Shown here: positions 56,821-64,000 of the stretch, in pieces
How positions within the stretch are numbered: position 1 is the stretch's first letter
How the letters are laid out: the number at the start of each line of letters is the position of its first letter
NCBI GenBank assembly: GCA_036401075.1
Contig: DASWVY010000036.1
Location: forward strand, 16,662-80,661
Reading direction: 5' to 3'
Source: Opitutaceae bacterium
Lineage (GTDB): Bacteria; Verrucomicrobiota; Verrucomicrobiia; Opitutales; Opitutaceae
DNA length: 64,000 nt
Program-made: the position numbers and the translations under genes
The notes under the pieces: model-generated
What the model was told of the DNA's origin: nothing
Database searches by the model: none
Seen by the model: only the letters and a program-made list of their open reading frames with translations

Positions 56821-59800
56821 ATGAAACATGTAACTAACTCGAAGCCGCGGTCACGATGGACGCGGTCTTTGCCCGCGGGTCTGCTCTCCAGCCTCGCGGT
56901 CGTTCTGCCGGCCGGAGCGCAGACCGCCCCCGTCTCGTCGCCTGCTGCTCCCGCCGCTTCCCCGGAGTCTGTCATCACCATGGAGGCGTTCTCCGTGACC
57001 GGCTCCAACATCAAGCGCACCGATCAGGAGAAGGTGTTGCCGGTAACTGTGATGAACTTTGAGCAGATCCAGGCGCGCGATTCCGCGACGCCGATGGATC
57101 TGCTCACGGCCATACCCCAGATCACCAATATCCCCGCCAACGAAACCTCAACCAACGCGGTCGCGGCCCGTGGCGACAACGCCAACGTGGCGCTGCGTGG
57201 TCTGGGGGCGTCAAACACGCTCGTGGTGCTCAACGGCCGGCGCACGCCGTTTCATCCGTTCAACACCTCGAGCGTGAATGTGAACACCCTGCCGACCTTC
57301 GGACTGCAGCAGGTCGAGGTGCTGCGCGACGGTGCGTCTGCGATCTATGGCTCCGATGCCGTGGCCGGCGTCGTCAACTACGTCACCAAGAAGGAGCCGT
57401 CCGGTTCCGAGGTCTCCGTCCGCTTCGGCGTGACCGAGCACGGTGGCGGCATGGACGGCCAGCTCAACATCGGCTACGGCACGACCTTCGCCGGTGGCAA
57501 GGGCAGCTGGCTGCTGAACTACACTGCCTACAACCGCGATGCGATCTACCTTTCCGAGCGTGAGTCCTCGCGGTACAACAATAAGAGTGCTGAGGCCCGC
57601 GCTCCTTGGAACGTGAACGGCAGCACCTACGACACGAGTACGGCCACGGGCAACTGGGTTTCGTTCCGCCTGGGAACGGGCACGTCGGGTGCGCTGCGCT
57701 ACTTCTATCCGACCGATGGCACGGAAACGGGTACGCCCACCATCAACACGGCGGCCCTGCCGCGCAGCCTCTACGAGAACTACAACGACTACACGATGGG
57801 TCAGCCGATGAGCGCCCGCATGTCGCTGTATAATCGTCTTGAGTATGACGTGACCGATTCGATCCGGGCGTTTGCGGAAATCTCGGGTTACATCTCCAAG
57901 TCCACGACGGGCCGTCAGCCAATCACCTTGAACGCGTCCGACGCGGTCGTGACGCTTTCCGTCGACAATCCCTTCAATCCGCTCGGCGCCCGCTTTTACA
58001 GCCCAACGGGGGCTGCGAATGCGGACGGCACGGCGCGCCTGACCGGCACGCCCCAGACGATCACGATTAACGCCATGTTCCTCGAGGACGGCGGCCCGGA
58101 GAAGATCGAGGCGACCGGCAACATGTATCGCTTCCTGGCCGGCCTTGAAGGCAAGTTCGGTCAGTCGACCTGGACGTGGGAAACCGCCGTCATGTACGGC
58201 GCCGTGCGCGCGACGGACAATCCGGTGAACAGCATCCGTGAGTCCAAGCTTAAAGCGGCCGCCCTTCGTTCCGATGCCTACGCGTGGAATCCGTTTGGCT
58301 ACACCTTCCAGGTCGCGAATGGCGCCGTGGTGGTGAAGGACAAGTACTCCAATCCGCAGTATGTCCGGGAGACCTACACCTCACAGGCTTGGCGCTATGG
58401 CCATTCCAACATCTTCAGTGCCGACGTCCGCACCGGCGGCCAGATCGTCAACACCTGGGCCGGTCCGATTGCAGCCTCGACCGGGCTTGAGTGGCGGCGT
58501 GAGTTCAAGGAGGACACCAAGGATCCGTTCGTGAACGTCAACCCGGTGGGCTCCGGCCTCGACGAGGCCAACAATGACATCCTCGTGATGTCCCCCAAGT
58601 TCGACTACGACGCCTACCGGACGATCGCCAGTGCGTTTGCCGAGACTGTCGTGCCGCTGGCGTCCCCGTCGAATGACATTCCCGGCCTCTACTCGCTCGA
58701 ATTGAATGCCTCCGTCCGTTACGAGGACTACCTCGATTTCGGCGAAACGACCAAGCCGAAGTACGGCATCAACTGGAAGCCGCTTTCGTCGATCATGGTC
58801 CGCGCGTCGATGAACGAGGGCTTCTCCGCCCCGGATCTCGCGACGCTCTACCAGCCCGCCTCCTTCTCGGTCGGTTCGCCTCCGGGAACGCGTGACACCG
58901 TGCGTGTGAACTATCTCCAGAGCGCGATTCCCGGCTACTCCGACACGCAGGTGCTGACCAAGGGCTACAGCCTCGGCAATCCCGACCTGCAACCGGAGGA
59001 GTCCGAGGGCAAGAGCGTCGGCATTGCGATCGACGTGCCCTTCGTGAAGGGGCTCTCCTTCACGATCGACTACTGGGAGATCGAACAGAAAAACCTGATC
59101 ATCTCACAGGGGCGCGACACCTCGATCGACGCTCAGTTGCTGCTCGCCTACACCCAGTCCGAGCTCGCGAAGGGCGTGCCGATTTCGCAGATCAACTTCG
59201 GCTCCCGCCTCACCCCGAACGATTCGGCCACGAACTACAAGGGTGACGTCAACACGCTGCGGGCGGCGGTCACCGCCGAGGACATCGCTCTCTACGAGCG
59301 CACCTATGCGGTGCTGCCCCAGTCGGCCTGGATGGCACCGATGGGCCAGTGGATCGGCACGATCTCGCAGTCGATCAACGGTACGGGTGGCAATTTCACC
59401 AGTGGTGTCGACTACAGCGTGAGCTACAGCCTGCCCAATACGCCGATCGGCCAGTTCCGCCTCTCGACCGAGTGGTCGCAGTTCCTCGACAAGTACACGC
59501 AGAACACGCCGACCTCACCGATCAACGACGACATCGTTTCGATGACCACGGCCGAGTGGAAGAGCACGACCACCCTGCAGTGGCGCAAAGAGGCTTGGAA
59601 CGCCTCGCTCAGCGCGACCTGGAGCAGCGACGTTCGCACGGGCGCCACCACCACGGCGGCCGTCTGGGAGTCGCTTGGCCGTCCGGACTACATCAAGCAG
59701 ATCACCAACAACGGATCGACCTCCTACGTTGAAGAGGGCGAGGCCCAGATCCAGCTTAACGCCGGACTTGGTTATCGCTTTGGCGGTGACGCCAACGCTT

Positions 59801-59952
59801 GGGTCAGGAACACCACGGTTCGCCTGGGGATCAACAACCTCCTCGATGAGGAGCCCAGCCCGACCAGCGGTGCCTCCGGCTACAGCGGCTCAACCGGCTC
59901 CAGCCTCTGGGTTGGCCGCGCCTACTCCTTCACCTTCACCCGCACGTTCTGA
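56821..59952 (+). CDS. TonB-dependent outer-membrane receptor
   Basis: 1043 aa from ATG 56821. Signal peptide and plug region (FSVTGS.., LRGLGASNTLVLNGRR, VEVLRDGASAIYGSDAVAGVVNY). Long beta-barrel ending with the aromatic terminal residue ..FTFTRTF. Confidence 0.9.
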   Translation: MKHVTNSKPRSRWTRSLPAGLLSSLAVVLPAGAQTAPVSSPAAPAASPESVITMEAFSVTGSNIKRTDQEKVLPVTVMNFEQIQARDSATPMDLLTAIPQITNIPANETSTNAVAARGDNANVALRGLGASNTLVVLNGRRTPFHPFNTSSVNVNTLPTFGLQQVEVLRDGASAIYGSDAVAGVVNYVTKKEPSGSEVSVRFGVTEHGGGMDGQLNIGYGTTFAGGKGSWLLNYTAYNRDAIYLSERESSRYNNKSAEARAPWNVNGSTYDTSTATGNWVSFRLGTGTSGALRYFYPTDGTETGTPTINTAALPRSLYENYNDYTMGQPMSARMSLYNRLEYDVTDSIRAFAEISGYISKSTTGRQPITLNASDAVVTLSVDNPFNPLGARFYSPTGAANADGTARLTGTPQTITINAMFLEDGGPEKIEATGNMYRFLAGLEGKFGQSTWTWETAVMYGAVRATDNPVNSIRESKLKAAALRSDAYAWNPFGYTFQVANGAVVVKDKYSNPQYVRETYTSQAWRYGHSNIFSADVRTGGQIVNTWAGPIAASTGLEWRREFKEDTKDPFVNVNPVGSGLDEANNDILVMSPKFDYDAYRTIASAFAETVVPLASPSNDIPGLYSLELNASVRYEDYLDFGETTKPKYGINWKPLSSIMVRASMNEGFSAPDLATLYQPASFSVGSPPGTRDTVRVNYLQSAIPGYSDTQVLTKGYSLGNPDLQPEESEGKSVGIAIDVPFVKGLSFTIDYWEIEQKNLIISQGRDTSIDAQLLLAYTQSELAKGVPISQINFGSRLTPNDSATNYKGDVNTLRAAVTAEDIALYERTYAVLPQSAWMAPMGQWIGTISQSINGTGGNFTSGVDYSVSYSLPNTPIGQFRLSTEWSQFLDKYTQNTPTSPINDDIVSMTTAEWKSTTTLQWRKEAWNASLSATWSSDVRTGATTTAAVWESLGRPDYIKQITNNGSTSYVEEGEAQIQLNAGLGYRFGGDANAWVRNTTVRLGINNLLDEEPSPTSGASGYSGSTGSSLWVGRAYSFTFTRTF

Positions 59953-59980
59953 TCGGGGAGTGAAGCGTTTGTTCTAGTCG

Positions 59981-60015
59981 GCGCCCCCGGGTGGTTCCCG
60001 GGGGCGCTTTGTTTT
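59981..60015 (+). terminator. intrinsic terminator after the TonB-dependent receptor gene
   Basis: GCGCCCCCGGG-TGGTT-CCCGGGGGCGC followed by TTTGTTTT. Confidence 0.85.
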
Positions 60016-60102
60016 GGCGGGATTGACCCCCACCGGTTCAGGCCGTGGAGTTGAAGGCGTCCGGCGCCGCCGGACTCAAGCAACCTTCAACGCATCCCTG
60101 CC

Positions 60103-61545
60103 ATGAACCTATCGTCCCTGCTTCGCTGCCTGCCCGCCGTACTGGCGCTTGGTGTACCGCTGTCCGCCCAAACGACCAAGGAGGACGTCCTTCAGCGTCT
60201 TGATCAGACCCGCTCGGTCTACGAGGACATGGCGCTCAAGATCTGGCACTGGGCCGAGGTCGGCTACCAGGAGACCAAGAGTTCCGCGCTCCTGCAGGAG
60301 CAGCTGGCCAAGGCGGGCTTCAAGATTGAGACCGGCGTGGCCGGCATCCCGACTGCGTTCGTTGCGACCTATGGCAGCGGTTCGCCGGTGATCGGCATCA
60401 TGGCGGAGATGGACGCGCTGCCGGGCACGGCACAGGAAGCGGTGCCGGAGCGCAAGGAGATCGCCGGCCAGATCGCCGGCCACGCCTGTGGGCACAATCT
60501 TTTCGGCGCGGGCTCTGTGGCCTCCGCCGTCGCGATCAAGGAATGGCTGGCCGCCACCGGTCAGTCCGGCACGATCCGTCTCTACGGCACGCCGGCGGAG
60601 GAGGGTGGCTCCGGCAAGGTTTACATGGTGCGCGCCGGGCTCTTCAGCGATGTTGACGTGGTGCTGCACTGGCACCCCGGCAGCGCGAACAGCGCGAATC
60701 CCGCGTCCTCGCTCGCGAACAAGTCGGCGAAGTTCCGCTTCAAGGGCATCGCTTCGCACGCCGCGGCCGCTCCGGAGCGGGGTCGCTCTGCCCTGGACGG
60801 GGTTGAGGCGATGAATCACATGGCGAACCTCATGCGCGAGCATGTGCCGGATTCCACGCGCATTCACTACGTCATCACGCGCGGCGGTGAGGCCCCGAAT
60901 GTCGTCCCGGCCAACGCCGAGGTCTTTTACTACGTGCGCAGCCCCAGCCGTGAGATCGTCGCCGATGTCTGGGCTCGCCTCGAGGCGGCCGCGCAGGGCG
61001 CGGCGATGGGCACGGGCACGTCGGTCGAGTGGGAGGTCATTCACGGCAACTACGAGCTGCTGCCCAACGAGACGCTGGCGCGCGTCATGCACCAGAACCT
61101 CAGTTCCGTGGGCGGCGTCCAGTACACGGACGAGGAGAAGGCCTTCGCCACGGCCATTGGCCGGACGTTCCCCGGTGGCCGGGGCGGCGCACTCGAACTC
61201 GCTTCCCAGGTGGCCCCCTTCAACCCGACGCCGGACCCCGGTTCGGCGTCGACCGATGTGGGTGATGTGAGCTGGGCGGTCCCGACCGTCGGCCTCGGCA
61301 CCGCCACGTATGCGCCGGGCACGCCCGGCCACAGCTGGCAGTCGGTGGCTCAGGGCGGTACGTCCATCGGCATGAAGGGCATGATGGTTGCGGCCAAGAC
61401 CCTCGCGGGCGCGGCCATCGATCTTTACCAGAATCCGGCCACCATCGCGAAGGCCAAGGAGGAGTTCAGCGGCCGTCGCGGTGCCGGCTTCCGCTACGTG
61501 CCCTTGCTGGGCGATCGCCTGCCTCCCCTCGATTACCGCAAGTAA
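60103..61545 (+). CDS. secreted M20-family amidohydrolase (AbgB/aminobenzoyl-glutamate-utilisation-like)
   Basis: 480 aa with a signal peptide. The M20D-type pattern MAEMDALPG..HACGHNLFG..GTPAEEGGSGK. Confidence 0.85.
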   Translation: MNLSSLLRCLPAVLALGVPLSAQTTKEDVLQRLDQTRSVYEDMALKIWHWAEVGYQETKSSALLQEQLAKAGFKIETGVAGIPTAFVATYGSGSPVIGIMAEMDALPGTAQEAVPERKEIAGQIAGHACGHNLFGAGSVASAVAIKEWLAATGQSGTIRLYGTPAEEGGSGKVYMVRAGLFSDVDVVLHWHPGSANSANPASSLANKSAKFRFKGIASHAAAAPERGRSALDGVEAMNHMANLMREHVPDSTRIHYVITRGGEAPNVVPANAEVFYYVRSPSREIVADVWARLEAAAQGAAMGTGTSVEWEVIHGNYELLPNETLARVMHQNLSSVGGVQYTDEEKAFATAIGRTFPGGRGGALELASQVAPFNPTPDPGSASTDVGDVSWAVPTVGLGTATYAPGTPGHSWQSVAQGGTSIGMKGMMVAAKTLAGAAIDLYQNPATIAKAKEEFSGRRGAGFRYVPLLGDRLPPLDYRK

Positions 61546-61663
61546 GCAGCGCTCACGGGCTCCGGTGGGCGGCTTATGACTCCTGGCCGCCGCCGGAATA
61601 AAGCCCTGCCGGCTTGCCTCACACCTGACGCTCGCTTAACTCCGATCAACCCAATCATTGCCC

Positions 61664-62167
61664 ATGACGTTACGCTCCCTTGCTGGTTTGCTCCTCCTCA
61701 GCGTCAGTCTCGGCCTGTCCCTTGGCCGGGGCGAGGCTGTGGTCAAGGACGGCTACACGAAGGTCGGCTTCGACCGCCTTTCCAACTTCCAATTCGTTCC
61801 GCCTTACGTCGAGCCGGGTGCTGATCCCAAGGCTCCGGTCCCCACGGGCGAGGAGCAGATTCCCGAGCCCATCAAGGCGCTCAACGGGAACAAGGTCATC
61901 GTTGGCGGCTTCATGCTGCCGGTGAAGGTCGAGAACGGTCTCGTGACCGAACTCCTCCTCATGCGCGACGCTTCGGCCTGCTGCTACGGCACGGTCCCGA
62001 ACATGAACGAGTGGATCATCGTCCGCATGGGCAAGAACGGCATCAAGGCCGTCATGGACACCCCCGTCTTCTTCTACGGCACGCTCAAGGTCGGTGCGGT
62101 GGTCGAGGAAGGCTACCTCGCCGGCATCTACGTGCTCGAGGGCGACAAGATGGATCAGGAAGGCTGA
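61664..62167 (+). CDS. DUF3299-like secreted protein
   Basis: 167 aa from ATG 61664 (the ORF opens at TTG 61658), with a signal peptide. The layout ..NGNKVIVGGFMLPV..ELLLMRDASACCYG.. resembles DUF3299 as I recall it. Confidence 0.5.
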   Translation: MTLRSLAGLLLLSVSLGLSLGRGEAVVKDGYTKVGFDRLSNFQFVPPYVEPGADPKAPVPTGEEQIPEPIKALNGNKVIVGGFMLPVKVENGLVTELLLMRDASACCYGTVPNMNEWIIVRMGKNGIKAVMDTPVFFYGTLKVGAVVEEGYLAGIYVLEGDKMDQEG

Positions 62168-62212
62168 TCCCGCGTCCGCGGGATGGCTCCTGGCCATTGC
62201 GCTGTGAATTTG

Positions 62213-62246
62213 GGCCCGCCCTGTTTTGGGGCGGGCCTTTTTCTTT
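62213..62246 (+). terminator. intrinsic terminator after the DUF3299-like gene
   Basis: GGCCCGCCC-TGTTTT-GGGGCGGGCC followed by TTTTTCTTTT. Confidence 0.85.
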
Positions 62247-62267
62247 TCCGTTGTCACCGTTCGCGCC

Positions 62268-63094
62268 GTGAACCCTGAACCTTCCACCGGACCCGCCGAG
62301 AGCGTGGACTTTCCCATCCGCGCCTGCGCCTGGCCGCGTCGGCTCAAGCAGGGGCCGGTGCGGATGATCGATCCGGCGGAGCCGCCGGCGTGGATCGTGC
62401 ACGAGGATGAGCGGCTCTTCGTGGTCAACAAACCCGGCGATGTGGTCTGCCACCCGTCCAAGGCCGGTCCGTGGTCCAGCCTGGTCGGCGCCGTACGCGA
62501 GCACACCGGCCTGCCCACCGTGCACCTCGTCTTCCGCCTCGATCGGGAGACGAGCGGGATCGTGGTCATGGCCAAGGATGCCAAGATGGCGAGCCGCCTG
62601 CAGACCGCCATGCAGGAGCGACGGGTGAACAAGCGCTACCTCGTCATCCTCACCGGAACGCTCAGTGAACCCGTGACGGTCGATCAGCCACTCGGCGACG
62701 ACACCGCCAGTCCGGTTTTCATGAAATCGGCTGTGCGCCCGGACGGGAAGCCGGCCGTCACCCGCTTCGAGCCGCTTTCAACCGGCGGCGGTTTCACGCT
62801 GGCCCGCGTCCATCTCGAGACCGGCCGCAAGCACCAGATCCGCGCCCATGCGCAGTGGCTGGGGCTGACCGTCGTCGGTGATAAAATCTACGGTCCCGAC
62901 GCGCGATTGTACCTCGATTTCATCGATCGTGGTTGGAACGAGGACCTCGCGGCGAAGCTGCTCATTCCCCGTCAGGCCCTGCATTGCGCCGAGATCGATC
63001 TCGGGCCGGCCGGGATTTCCCCGGTCTTTCGCGCCCCGCTGCCCGAGGATCTGCGGGCGTTCTGTGCCGAACGAGGGCTCGAAACCGCCGGTCT

Positions 63095-63098
<4 letters not shown>
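62268..63098 (+). CDS. RluA-family pseudouridine synthase
   Basis: Motifs HEDERLFVVNKPGDVVCHP, catalytic FRLDRETSGIVVMAK, and GRKHQIRAH. The start is uncertain: the ORF opens at 62226 inside the upstream terminator, so the candidates are GTG 62268 (CC context) or ATG 62364. Confidence 0.8.

Positions 63099-64000
<902 letters not shown>

Noticed and set aside
62226-62267. ATG 62226 as the start of the RluA-family gene.
   Set aside because: The first codons would lie inside the strong intrinsic terminator (62213-62246) of the upstream gene. Downstream starts (GTG 62268 or ATG 62364) still leave a complete RluA-type N-terminus.

Overview
This is a high-GC chromosomal segment (GC judged by eye, not computed) made up almost entirely of housekeeping genes. 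The fused murC-murB, the FtsZ-type dcw cluster, the secreted DUF1080/FG-GAP/YVTN proteins and the lack of Shine-Dalgarno motifs suggest a Verrucomicrobiota/Opitutales-like genome; that placement is inference. Gene order, left to right:
- 1-14.3 kb: distal dcw cluster, (murE)-murF-mraY-murD-LysM protein-ftsW-murG-murC/murB fusion-ddl-ftsQ-ftsA-ftsZ.
- 14.4-23.1 kb: an orphan 7TMR-DISM histidine kinase, obg, a GspE/PilB-type ATPase module, lysE, DUF2200, mnmA.
- 23.3-34.3 kb: a GH13 debranching-type enzyme, gap-pgk-tpiA, ispA, a DUF4013/FmdB trio, a two-gene split phosphotransacetylase.
- 34.4-49.6 kb: murJ, transporters (BASS, Kef/CPA2, MFS), an OYE reductase, a PhoX-like protein, FG-GAP/YVTN/DUF1080 secreted proteins, speA.
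- 49.6-64 kb: yajC-secDF-recJ, tRNA-Arg(ACG), hpf, an SDR, a TonB-dependent receptor locus, rluA-family, M14 peptidase and the start of gltX.

I found no mobile elements, integrases, CRISPR arrays, rRNA, defence genes or toxin genes. I cannot honestly point to a convincing new multi-gene system.

The most unusual signals are non-coding:
1. Several families of intergenic composite hairpins whose arms are built from 2-4 tandem short units. The family with the 17-mer GAAATCCGAATGACGAA occurs three times.
2. (CTACTCG)n heptad tracts sit directly against the pgk and tpiA start codons.
3. There is a strong pyrimidine/CC context immediately 5' of ATG starts, and no SD motif.

Protein-level oddities are the MurC-MurB fusion, a LysM protein inside the dcw cluster, the split and re-ordered pta, a stand-alone GspE-N-like protein in front of an orphan GspE/PilB ATPase, and a Lys-rich tail on Obg. 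The many long ORFs antisense to real genes are high-GC shadow ORFs and were rejected.
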